From Nitrospinaceae bacterium (GTDB taxonomy: Bacteria > Nitrospinota > Nitrospinia > Nitrospinales > VA-1), in NCBI GenBank assembly GCA_029937655.1, contig JAPYPK010000002.1:1-40852 (forward strand): a stretch of 40,852 nucleotides of DNA. The letters are read 5' to 3'. Of the stretch, positions 17,492-26,027 are shown one piece after another. Within the stretch, counting starts at the first letter, position 1; each line of letters starts with the position of its first letter. The translations under genes and the position numbers were made by a program. The notes under the pieces were generated by a model. The model had not been told where the DNA came from. It was given only the letters and a program-made list of their open reading frames with translations, and did not search any database.

Positions 17492-18814
17492 CTACTTAAC
17501 TCTATTCAACCACAATTTAGGATAATTATTTTTTGCAGTAATACCTATTAAATCGAGAAACCCATCTCCATTGATATCCCCAAACCTCATTTCTCTCATA
17601 GGACTTGTTTGTGGAAATCGTTTTTTTGTTTCTACACTGAAATCCCATTCACCTTTTCCAACTAAATAGAGCAACCCTTTTTCATTAAGGATAATCACAT
17701 CTGGGATACCCGTTCCATTTGCATCCAGAAGATAAACCCGAAATGCTGGTAAAGTAGGAAATATTTTACTTGGTTTTTTAACAAACCGTCCTGACCCAAT
17801 ATTTTCTAAAAAGTAGATCGTTTCCCCAGAATAGCTCTGGTATGGTTTCCTGATCACCTTGTTAGTAACAATCAAATCATTATCACCATCAAGATCAAAA
17901 TCGGCCCAATCAGCATGGGTACTTTGATCTATCATTCTTGGAAGTAAATAGTCTGTCTTATCAATAAATTTTCCCACTCCATTATTTATCAATAATCGAT
18001 TTTGTGCGTTATCATAAACCAAAAACACATCTGGGAATCCGTCCTGGTTATAGTCGGCAATACTTGTACCAATCACCCCTGAGGGAAGGTTGGGCCACAG
18101 TAGGAAGGTCTCATCTATAAACTGCTCTCCGCCATTGTTAATCAACACCTGACCTTGTCGTCTTTTAAGTTTTTCGTTTTCACCCAGTATTTTCCTTCCG
18201 GTGAATAAAAAGTCGGTGTCGCCGTCTTGGTCCAAGTCAATCAGATCGACACGCTCCACACCCTTGGAAACAAAAGGTAGTTCAAATTCTGATCTTGAGT
18301 AAAAATATCCTTTACCATTATTAAAAAGTACTTTCGCAGATCCTTTTTTCTGGGGAGACACAATCAACACAAGATCATCGACACCATTACCACTAATATC
18401 TCCTTTAGCTAGAAAGCGAATATTTTCAGCTAAATGTTGAGCTTTACTCGCCCCCTTGCCACGACCTATTCCACTCGTCCCTCTATTAAAGAGAATTTTT
18501 ATTTTTGCCCCTTTCCCTTCAGCGGAAACAAACAAGATTAAATCGGAACCGGGCTTTCTATCTCCTCTAACAAAAATAGCCCCCTGGAGAGAAACCTTGA
18601 TAGGAGGAAGATAACTTTCTGTCACATCTTGATACAACTGATGTCTTGGATGGTTTGCAATCCCTCGCTTTTGAGAGCAACCAATTCCAATATTGAATAA
18701 AAGAATTACTAAGAAAACTCCTCTGAATCTTTGCAGACAGGTTCCTCGATTATGGAACAGAAACCTCCAAACCCTAGCAAGTAGCCGTGCGCTGTAGAAT
18801 ATTTTTACATCCAT
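17492..18814 (-). CDS. FG-GAP/VCBS-repeat (beta-propeller) exported protein, possibly a lipoprotein
   Basis: Ca-binding-like loops recur throughout: DISGNGVDDL, DLDQDGDTDF, DYNQDGFPDV, DFDLDGDNDL and GDINGDGFLDL. The N-terminus has a hydrophobic segment ending IGIGCSQ, which is a weak lipobox. The ATG is at 18814; the TTG at 18823 in the ORF track is less likely. Confidence 0.8.
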   Translation of the reverse strand: MDVKIFYSARLLARVWRFLFHNRGTCLQRFRGVFLVILLFNIGIGCSQKRGIANHPRHQLYQDVTESYLPPIKVSLQGAIFVRGDRKPGSDLILFVSAEGKGAKIKILFNRGTSGIGRGKGASKAQHLAENIRFLAKGDISGNGVDDLVLIVSPQKKGSAKVLFNNGKGYFYSRSEFELPFVSKGVERVDLIDLDQDGDTDFLFTGRKILGENEKLKRRQGQVLINNGGEQFIDETFLLWPNLPSGVIGTSIADYNQDGFPDVFLVYDNAQNRLLINNGVGKFIDKTDYLLPRMIDQSTHADWADFDLDGDNDLIVTNKVIRKPYQSYSGETIYFLENIGSGRFVKKPSKIFPTLPAFRVYLLDANGTGIPDVIILNEKGLLYLVGKGEWDFSVETKKRFPQTSPMREMRFGDINGDGFLDLIGITAKNNYPKLWLNRVK

Positions 18815-18861
18815 CGGTGCCAACTATTTTAAAAATTCATTAGTTATTTTAAGGACCATCG

Positions 18862-19698
18862 CTAGGCAGTTATAATCTCTACCGAATATGAGTTAGGGGT
18901 ACACCTAATCAATTCAAAAGAATTTAAATGCCCTGAAACCCAGTTTCCTTGCAAGACCCTAGAAAACCCTTTTTTCAGAGCCAGGAAAACCTCTTTACGC
19001 GTTACACTTTCACCAAGGCATTCGGACAAAGTGATAACTTTATTATTCAGTATATTCATAGACTTAGAACGATCATCGTCTGTTGCGTATTTAAATAAAG
19101 AATTCAAAAGTGCCCTATCGCAATCGAGAAGCACTGAACCATGTTGAAGAAACGCCCTCTTTGTTCGCCTTTGAGCACTACCTACCAATTTGGCGCCTTG
19201 AACTTCTATTTCTAAATGATTGATACTAGATAAACATGAGGGAGAGTGAAAAGAATGCCTGCCTCTATTGGACTTTCCTCCCAAGGCCAAGTCCGCACCG
19301 CAGACACCAATTTCCTTAAGTCCCTCAAGTAATGCTCTGGCAACAACTTTATAAGCACCGAGCAATGAGGATGGAAACTTAGAATGAGGAATGGGGGCTG
19401 TAAAGCTATAAGTCACTTCATGATTATGCAATAACGCTCTTCCTCCAGTTGGCCTGCGTACTATTTGTATTCCTAACTTTTGACATCTATTAACATCAAT
19501 TTCTTTAGCGAAATCTTGTGCATACCCAACTGTCAGCGTGGGCTGCTCCCAGCTATACAAACGCAAGGTTGGCAGGGTTTCACCTGAAGCACACGACGCC
19601 AAAATTGCCCTGTCGATGGCCATATTTGATTCACCGTCTTGAGGACCATCCTCAATCACTCTCCATTCTTGCATAGCGACCCCAACCTTAAAGAGCAT
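18862..19698 (-). CDS. Lipoate-protein ligase / octanoyltransferase family protein (BPL/LPL catalytic domain only)
   Basis: The ORF contains NMAIDRAIL, TLRLYSWEQPTLTVGY, RRPTGGRALLH and the catalytic-Lys context GAKLVGSAQRR. An alternative ATG at 19674 (MQEWRV) is possible. Confidence 0.85.
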   Translation of the reverse strand: MLFKVGVAMQEWRVIEDGPQDGESNMAIDRAILASCASGETLPTLRLYSWEQPTLTVGYAQDFAKEIDVNRCQKLGIQIVRRPTGGRALLHNHEVTYSFTAPIPHSKFPSSLLGAYKVVARALLEGLKEIGVCGADLALGGKSNRGRHSFHSPSCLSSINHLEIEVQGAKLVGSAQRRTKRAFLQHGSVLLDCDRALLNSLFKYATDDDRSKSMNILNNKVITLSECLGESVTRKEVFLALKKGFSRVLQGNWVSGHLNSFELIRCTPNSYSVEIITA

Positions 19699-19731
19699 TC
19701 AAAACAACTACTAAAAGAACCGACTTTTACT

Positions 19732-19759
19732 TTGACTCCCTGCTCTGTAACCTGATAAT
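19732..19759 (+). promoter_or_regulatory. Candidate promoter for the FGE-like gene (TTGACT-N16-GATAAT)
   Basis: The sequence reads TTGACTccctgctctgtaacctGATAAT and lies about 65 nt upstream of the GTG at 19826. Confidence 0.45.
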
Positions 19760-19825
19760 ATTTTCTCAATTAATTATGACTCCCCACCCTAACTACTGAT
19801 AACGATCAACCACATTTTACAAACT

Positions 19826-20911
19826 GTGAATACGTACTTAAGTTATAGTCTAAGATTAGTCGTACTAATGAATTTCCTGATAGTTAGCCCGTTTTCGTTA
19901 CTAGCTTACGAAACATCGAAAATTGATTTTGAGGTAATAGAAGAATATCCTCACATACTAAAATGTGACGCTGCATGTCACAAGGTCAAAAATATAACTC
20001 TAGCAAAAAAACATCGGACGACACGTCCGGAATGCCAGCAATGCCACGTTGGCATTAGCACGCGCCCCATTTCTCCATTTTCCTCACCTGAGAAAGTTTT
20101 TCTATCAAGAAATTCTACTATCATGATCAAGCCTCAGTCCAAGTTCTCATTACCTGTAACAAAAACATATTCCACCTCGCACACTTTGACTGCTAATGCA
20201 GACGTTAGGGTACGAGAAGGCGCTCCGAAGGACACCGTTTCAATGGCATTGATTCCTGGAGGAAAGTTTATTATGGGCTCTAACGAAAGATGGGACGATG
20301 AGGCTCCTGAGTATATCGAGTCAGTAAATAAATTTTATATCGATCGTTACGAAGTAACTAATGCAGAGTACGAAAAGTTCACTTACGGCACAAAGCGTGA
20401 AGAACCCTATCATTGGCCTAATGGAAAAATTCCCAGAGGCAAGAAAAACCATCCTGTGATTTATGTCAGTTGGCACGATGCTAGTGAATATTGCAAGTGG
20501 AGGGGCAAGCGACTCCCGACTGAGCAGGAGTGGGAAAAATCCGCTCGCGGTGATAGCGGAAATATTTATCCATGGGGCAATACTTGGGCCACAAATAAAT
20601 CGAATCACCCCTACAAAGGTTCTACAGGTACAGAACCGGTCGGCTCGTACCCTAATGGGAAAAGTCCTTATGGGTTGTACGACATGTCCGGGAATGTATG
20701 GGAGTGGGTCGATAGTTTTTACCTTCCACACCCAGGAAACAATATAAATCGCGGTGAATACGGTATGGACAAGCGGGTACTTAAAGGTGGGTCATGGTTT
20801 GACTGCTTGTCCTACGGATGTGGTTTAAGCGCGCCAACATTTAATCGAAGTTTCTTTACTCCCGAAGTTAAAAATAATAGCTTCGGGTTTCGTTGCGCAA
20901 AATCCCCCTAA
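19826..20911 (+). CDS. Formylglycine-generating-enzyme (SUMF1/EgtB/PvdO) family protein with signal peptide and an N-terminal module bearing heme-c motifs
   Basis: The C-terminal 230 aa have the classic FGE-sulfatase pattern: MALIPGGKFIMGS, FYIDRYEVTNAEY, HPVIYVSWHDASEYCKWRGKRLPTEQEWE, YDMSGNVWEWV, LKGGSW and GFRCA. The N-terminus has a signal peptide plus CDAACH (19964-19981) and CQQCH (20033-20047). Confidence 0.85.
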   Translation: MNTYLSYSLRLVVLMNFLIVSPFSLLAYETSKIDFEVIEEYPHILKCDAACHKVKNITLAKKHRTTRPECQQCHVGISTRPISPFSSPEKVFLSRNSTIMIKPQSKFSLPVTKTYSTSHTLTANADVRVREGAPKDTVSMALIPGGKFIMGSNERWDDEAPEYIESVNKFYIDRYEVTNAEYEKFTYGTKREEPYHWPNGKIPRGKKNHPVIYVSWHDASEYCKWRGKRLPTEQEWEKSARGDSGNIYPWGNTWATNKSNHPYKGSTGTEPVGSYPNGKSPYGLYDMSGNVWEWVDSFYLPHPGNNINRGEYGMDKRVLKGGSWFDCLSYGCGLSAPTFNRSFFTPEVKNNSFGFRCAKSP

Positions 20912-20914
20912 CCT

Positions 20915-20946
20915 AGTCAAGGTAGAACTTGACTTGTTTTTCGTTT
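20915..20946 (+). terminator. Rho-independent terminator of the FGE-like gene
   Basis: AGTCAAG-gtagaa-CTTGACT forms a perfect 7-bp stem with a 6-nt loop, followed by tgtttttcgttt. It begins 4 nt after the stop codon. Confidence 0.55.
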
Positions 20947-21020
20947 AGCCTAAAAATAAATAGGCTTAATTTCATTATTCAAAAAAAAGTGTTCAGGGAA
21001 ACATCTAAAAGGACAACAAA

Positions 21021-21206
21021 ATGCTGCAAAAAAATACGGGACGTCCAACGAGCACCATCCGCAAGGTACTATTGTTGGCCTTTGTTGTTGGATTCTGGAT
21101 TTTCTTTTATTGGTATCGAGGTATTGAATACTCCGACAAAAAACCTTCCCTTGACAGAACCCCTCTGGAGAAGTCAGAACCCCGCACCTCAAAAAAACAA
21201 CCTTAG
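21021..21206 (+). CDS. Possible small single-pass membrane protein (61 aa)
   Basis: The ATG has AAGGA about 8 nt upstream. One clear TM helix (VLLLAFVVGFWIFFYWY) has positive residues in front of it. It lies in an otherwise non-coding 350-bp gap. I recognise no family. Confidence 0.35.
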   Translation: MLQKNTGRPTSTIRKVLLLAFVVGFWIFFYWYRGIEYSDKKPSLDRTPLEKSEPRTSKKQP

Positions 21207-21259
21207 GACTGCGGCTTTCACACCCCCGTTCTCTAAAAACTATTTTCGAAATCGACTCT

Positions 21260-22072
21260 TTAAGGACCGCTAGAAATTAAAGCCTGATAGTCATATTGCA
21301 AAAGAGCGGAATTGTCACGAATCAAATCCAATGGTTTTTCAGTGGAATTAAGGTGGACTATTACTTTTTTATTTTGATCAAAATAAACACCAGTTTCTGG
21401 AATTGGATCGATTTTTTCAACCGCTTCTTCTTGTTGTTTAGCAAATTGTTTGGGCTTAGGGTCCACGAGAATATCAGGTTCTCGGCCAAAAATTGAACCG
21501 CTATCATGAAAAATTAAGAATTTTTCACTTTGAGCTTCTTCAAAATCAAGATCTAAATGGCCTGAAGTGTTTTCCTTCTCAATTTTATAAACAGGTGACT
21601 CTTTCATATGACCATTAAAGGAAAAGTGCAGACCTTGGTTGACAGGCTTAAACACCGAAGTACTAAATCCCTTGCCACCTAGAGTCAAAGGCTTGTCAGT
21701 AGATGTAATGGTTGGGTCAACATCACGTGTTAATTTTATTTTTAATCGGCCTTGATTAGTTCTAGAAGAAACTTTGTCGATTCTTTCGTAACGATTTATA
21801 CCAGTATACGCTCTGTAGTTTTGTTCAATTGAGTCCAACAACAACTTTATCTCCTTCTCCTTGATCACCAATACCTTTATACTAGGCCCGTCTGTTTCCT
21901 CTTCGGGAACAAATTTAATAATTTTTTTCGGTGCCGCTTTCACAGTAGACTTCTTCTCCTGACCGCATGCTAGGACATATTTACATTTTTCAGCAGCAAA
22001 AACCTCATTTAGATTAAAGCCTAAAGAAGTAGCAAGAAAAATTCCAAATATCACCCAATATAAAAATTTCAT
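21260..22072 (-). CDS. Hypothetical secreted protein (270 aa)
   Basis: The ATG has AAGGAAA about 10 nt upstream. The signal peptide is MKFLYWVIFGIFLATSLGFNLNEVFA-AE. The mature part is Lys/Glu-rich and strand-rich, with no motif I recognise. Confidence 0.7.
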   Translation of the reverse strand: MKFLYWVIFGIFLATSLGFNLNEVFAAEKCKYVLACGQEKKSTVKAAPKKIIKFVPEEETDGPSIKVLVIKEKEIKLLLDSIEQNYRAYTGINRYERIDKVSSRTNQGRLKIKLTRDVDPTITSTDKPLTLGGKGFSTSVFKPVNQGLHFSFNGHMKESPVYKIEKENTSGHLDLDFEEAQSEKFLIFHDSGSIFGREPDILVDPKPKQFAKQQEEAVEKIDPIPETGVYFDQNKKVIVHLNSTEKPLDLIRDNSALLQYDYQALISSGP

Positions 22073-22279
22073 TAAAAAAATTTCCTTTTTTAATCAATAA
22101 GCTCAAAGACCATAAAAACCACATCGGCCATTAACCCAGCATTCTTAACTTTTGCTAGTTATGCAAACAAAAGTTAAATGAAAAAATAGCCCCGCAATCA
22201 ATACTGTCAACTTTCATTAAAACTAGACACCATCGCACTATTTCTTTGTACGTATTCCTAATCCTTTAATCCCTTTACT

Positions 22280-23227
22280 TCACAACAAACCATTTTTTCG
22301 GTCTAAATTAGATTTAAATGAAGTGAAGATATTTTTGATGGGGGGTATAAGCTTTTCTTTGAGCGCTTTGGGAACATAATTAATTTTCTCAATCGGCCAA
22401 TCTTCCACCCGCCTCACATCCAGACCCTCTTTTAAGTAATGCTCTTGAAGACTTTCCTCAAACCCTACGATTAACTTATTCTCTCTCACTTTAAAAAATA
22501 ACTCTCGAATCAATGCCGGTTCAAACAAACCTTCAAGAAAATGATCTGCTACCTCTTCAATAATAGGTTGAGCGTGTTCCAGAAAATCAGATGAAAAAGA
22601 ACTCTCCAAAGTACGATAAGTTATAATCACATCCTGTAATAAATATTTAATATCCTTGGGGTCCCGTTTCATTATCGGGGTTTTCTTAATATTAAACTTT
22701 TCTTTAAATTCTTTAACATTTCGAATGGTATCGTGAATGATTGATTCTTCCCAAGGAACCAGGTTCCATATAAAGAACCCGCGCAACCAGTTCACTTTTC
22801 CTGAAGAGTCGACCATATGCATAGTTAAACTCGGTTTTGCTCCATTACTATATGGCAAGCGACCTCCCCACATATTAAGATCAAGCTCTAATCCATATGG
22901 ACGAAAGGCATTAATAATTGAAGTGTAATAATAGCCAACTAAATGCTCCATATTCTCACGTTTATCGAGTGGGCTATTCTGTGGCAAGTTGGCAATGAAG
23001 TACAGCCGCCAGATTCTTCGTTTTGATTTTCCTTCGTCATCTGCTATGAGGTAAGTTCCGCCCCAAATCCCTGAAGTAATAGGAACCTCGATTTGATGAT
23101 TTTCCTTCAGTTTAAGAGAAACGCAGCGAGCTATATCCGCGTATAATTCATTTAAGTAGTACAAGTTGATCCGTTCATCTTCTGAAAAAACCGGGCCAGA
23201 AGCTTGAGGGATAACAGGTAATATCAT
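22280..23227 (-). CDS. Hypothetical cytoplasmic protein (315 aa), divergent from recA
   Basis: The ORF starts at ATG and has coding-like composition. It shows an internal duplication: IWGGTYLIADDEG..RRIWRLYFIANLP versus MWGGRLPYSNG..KVNWLRGFFIWNLVP. I recognise no family. Confidence 0.7.
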   Translation of the reverse strand: MILPVIPQASGPVFSEDERINLYYLNELYADIARCVSLKLKENHQIEVPITSGIWGGTYLIADDEGKSKRRIWRLYFIANLPQNSPLDKRENMEHLVGYYYTSIINAFRPYGLELDLNMWGGRLPYSNGAKPSLTMHMVDSSGKVNWLRGFFIWNLVPWEESIIHDTIRNVKEFKEKFNIKKTPIMKRDPKDIKYLLQDVIITYRTLESSFSSDFLEHAQPIIEEVADHFLEGLFEPALIRELFFKVRENKLIVGFEESLQEHYLKEGLDVRRVEDWPIEKINYVPKALKEKLIPPIKNIFTSFKSNLDRKNGLL

Positions 23228-23490
23228 AGGTCAACGGCCTCTAAGAGGGGGTGATTCTAATGGATAGACAGTCGGGAATTCTATAGTTAATTTAGCGAAT
23301 GTGAAAGGCTTTATTCTTCACAGGGAATACGATACAAATTCTAAGTGATAAATTCCTTGCCATTTAACGCCACTCACTCTATAAACAAAAAAGCTATTGT
23401 TGTTTTACCTAGAATTTCTTTAGACATAGATAAAAAGTCACCCAACAGAAACCCTGAGCAGACTATCTTAAAAAAATAAGGAGAAAATTA

Positions 23491-24576
23491 ATGGCGTCGG
23501 ATGATAGAGGAAAAGCGCTGGATTTGGCGTTAACTCAAATAGAAAAACAGTTTGGCAAGGGTTCTATTATGAAGTTGGGTCAAGCGGGTGCCTTAAAAGG
23601 AATTTCTGTTATTTCCACAGGCTCAATTTCACTGGATTCCGCGTTGGGTGTAGGCGGAGTGCCCCGCGGTCGCATCGTAGAAATATACGGACCTGAAGCT
23701 TCTGGAAAAACCAGCCTCACACTCCACATTATTGCAGAGGCGCAAAAATCTTGTGGTGTTGCTGCATTTCTTGATGCAGAACATGCACTAGACCCTCAGT
23801 ATGCAGAAAAACTAGGGGTAAACCTTGACGACCTCCTATTATCTCAACCAGACACCGGAGAACAAACACTGGAAATCGCAGAGGTTTTAATTCGCAGCGG
23901 GGCAGTGGACGTAATCGTCATCGATTCGGTTGCAGCTCTTGTTCCCAAGGCTGAGCTCGATGGTGATATGGGTGATTCGCATATGGGTCTGCAAGCAAGA
24001 CTCATGTCCCAAGCCATGAGGAAACTTGCAGGTGTGGTCAATAAATCAAAAACGTGTCTGATCTTTATCAACCAGATTCGCATGAAAATTGGAGTTATGT
24101 TTGGTAGCCCCGAAACGACGACAGGAGGAAACGCCCTTAAATTTTATTCTTCTGTCCGTTTGGACATCAGGAGAATAGGTGCCATCAAAGATGGCGATAG
24201 CATAGTTGGAAATCGAACAAGAGTAAAAGTAGTTAAAAACAAAGTCGCGCCGCCATTTAGAGATTGCGAATTCGATATATTATACGGACAGGGGATTTCT
24301 AAAATAGGAGACTTACTTGATCTTGCAGTAATCCATGAACTGATAGCTAAAAGTGGTACATGGTTTTCATATAACGAGACCCGCATTGGACAAGGTCGGG
24401 CGAACTCGAGGGCATTCCTCTTAGAAAACCCCGATATGTGCGATGAAATTGAAACTAAACTAAGAAAAAAATTGGGCCTTCTTAAGGAGCCAGTCGACAA
24501 AAAAGGTCCCAAAGTAAAAGAAGAAAAGGAAAGCTCTGCAAAAAAAGGAAAAAAAGATCCAACCTCAACACCCTGA
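23491..24576 (+). CDS. recA: Recombinase RecA
   Basis: The ORF contains [22 protein letters not shown], the Walker A motif [21 protein letters not shown] and [35 protein letters not shown] sits 8 nt upstream of the ATG. Confidence 0.98.
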   Translation: MASDDRGKALDLALTQIEKQFGKGSIMKLGQAGALKGISVISTGSISLDSALGVGGVPRGRIVEIYGPEASGKTSLTLHIIAEAQKSCGVAAFLDAEHALDPQYAEKLGVNLDDLLLSQPDTGEQTLEIAEVLIRSGAVDVIVIDSVAALVPKAELDGDMGDSHMGLQARLMSQAMRKLAGVVNKSKTCLIFINQIRMKIGVMFGSPETTTGGNALKFYSSVRLDIRRIGAIKDGDSIVGNRTRVKVVKNKVAPPFRDCEFDILYGQGISKIGDLLDLAVIHELIAKSGTWFSYNETRIGQGRANSRAFLLENPDMCDEIETKLRKKLGLLKEPVDKKGPKVKEEKESSAKKGKKDPTSTP

Positions 24577-24591
24577 CGTGGTCATATTTTC

Positions 24592-25155
24592 ATGCCATAT
24601 GAGGAAGAATTAAAAAATGCCCGTAGACGCGCGATTCGGTACCTTGCATACAGAGATCGAAGCCGAAACGAAATAATCCGCTACTTAAAAAAGAAAAAGT
24701 TCTCTGAAAATGCAGTGGATGAAACCCTCATCTTCCTAAAAAACAATGAATATATTAATGATGAGCGTTTTGCGATGCAATTTGGAAGGTTCCGCATCGT
24801 AAATAAAAAAATAGGGAGACTACGATTAGGACTAGAACTTGAGGACAAAGGCCTTGAAAGACAAATTATTGAGGAAACACTTAATTTGCTTTATGAAGAA
24901 TACGATGAAAAAAAAATCGCGTTGTCTTGCGCGAAAAAGAAACTCACAACCTTCTCGTCAAGAGATAGTGAAAGAGATCGCTGCCGAATAGCAAAATTTC
25001 TCGAACGAAAGGGGTTCCCTTCTGGCATTATCTATAAGGTGGTAACTCAGTTAGTCCCGTATACTCAAAATCATGATTTAGATCCTCTTCCTAGTTTCCC
25101 TAACAAAAGTCCAGAAGAACTGGGTTCTCACACAACAAAGATCATTCAGGGATGA
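24592..25155 (+). CDS. recX: Recombination regulator RecX
   Basis: It lies 15 nt after recA. RRAIRYLAYRDRSRNEIIRYLKKKKF and the three-repeat helical pattern are typical of RecX. Confidence 0.9.
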   Translation: MPYEEELKNARRRAIRYLAYRDRSRNEIIRYLKKKKFSENAVDETLIFLKNNEYINDERFAMQFGRFRIVNKKIGRLRLGLELEDKGLERQIIEETLNLLYEEYDEKKIALSCAKKKLTTFSSRDSERDRCRIAKFLERKGFPSGIIYKVVTQLVPYTQNHDLDPLPSFPNKSPEELGSHTTKIIQG

Positions 25156-25946
25156 ATATTTTAACAACCACCCCCTTCCCCCTACAAATCACAGCTGTTT
25201 TATTACTCGGTCTAACACTTGGAAGTTTTATTAATGTATGTATCCACCGACTTCCAAAAAACGAATCGATCATAACACCGCGTTCCTATTGCCAGTCGTG
25301 CAAAACAAGGGTTTCTATATGGGACAACATACCAGTTCTCAGTTATTTATTACTTAAAGGAAAATGTCGACAGTGCACCGCTTCAATTTCTCTTCTTTAC
25401 CCAATAGTTGAAGTATCAACTGCTCTGTTGCTACTTACTGGGTTTATTCAGTTTGGCATGTCGATGAAGTTTGCTATATTTTGCGCGATTGGTCCGACCC
25501 TTTTAACAGTCGCTATCATCGATATTAAGCATAAGATAATCCCTGACACTATAACTTTGCCGGGAATTATATTCGGGCTTTTGGCAGGAAGTTATTTGAT
25601 TGGACTAAAAGAATCGTTACTCGGCTTGATTTCGGGGGGGGGCATATTTTTATTCAGTTCAGAAGTGTATTATCGAGTTCGCGGTCGCGTTGGGATGGGA
25701 GGTGGTGATATTAAATTTATCGCTGCAGTTGGAGCTTTGCTAGGTCTAAAACAGGTATTTCTAGTAATTTTTCTTAGTGCTTTTATGGGATCAGTAGTTG
25801 GGTTGATTGGCCTGGTTGGAAAAAAAATTAACACCACGAGCCAGGTTCCTTTTGGGCCATTCCTTGCTGTAGGAACACTGATAGTTTATTTTTCTGGAGA
25901 GAATATCATTAACCTGTATATTACCACTATAATGGGTAACCATTGA
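25152..25946 (+). CDS. pilD: Prepilin peptidase (A24 family; PilD/type 4 prepilin-like leader peptidase)
   Basis: The ORF has the N-terminal Cys4 motif CQSC..CRQC, DNIPVLSYLLLKGKC, and the aspartyl active-site context MGGGDIKF. It is polytopic. Its ATG overlaps the recX stop as ATGA. Confidence 0.92.
   Translation: MNILTTTPFPLQITAVLLLGLTLGSFINVCIHRLPKNESIITPRSYCQSCKTRVSIWDNIPVLSYLLLKGKCRQCTASISLLYPIVEVSTALLLLTGFIQFGMSMKFAIFCAIGPTLLTVAIIDIKHKIIPDTITLPGIIFGLLAGSYLIGLKESLLGLISGGGIFLFSSEVYYRVRGRVGMGGGDIKFIAAVGALLGLKQVFLVIFLSAFMGSVVGLIGLVGKKINTTSQVPFGPFLAVGTLIVYFSGENIINLYITTIMGNH
25634..25642 (+). repeat. G9 homopolymer inside pilD (encodes Gly-Gly-Gly)
   Basis: The codons tcg ggg ggg ggc encode ISGGGI. 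A run of 9 G is unexpected in a genome of about 40% GC. Confidence 0.9.
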
Positions 25947-26027
25947 GTTCTATCTGTAAAAATGATGCAATAGCCTGAGGGTTTTCACCAACCTCGTTTC
26001 GTTAACGTTAAATGGAAATTTTCATTT

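Noticed and set aside
20929-21273. The 114-aa plus-strand ORF, and the 80-aa minus-strand ORF at 20950..21192, in the gap after the FGE-like gene.
   Set aside because: The 114-aa ORF starts inside the terminator hairpin, uses a non-ATG start and overlaps the convergent gene's end. Neither ORF has an SD or a recognisable pattern. Only the 61-aa ATG ORF (21021..21206), with an SD and a TM helix, was kept, and at low confidence.
23228-23490. A search for an SOS/LexA operator upstream of recA.
   Set aside because: I found no convincing match to the operator types I know: CTGT-N8-ACAG, GAAC-N4-GTTC, GTTC-N7-GTTC, TTAC-N3-GTAA or RGTAC-N3-GTWC. Only weak 4-5 bp inverted repeats are present, so I made no call.
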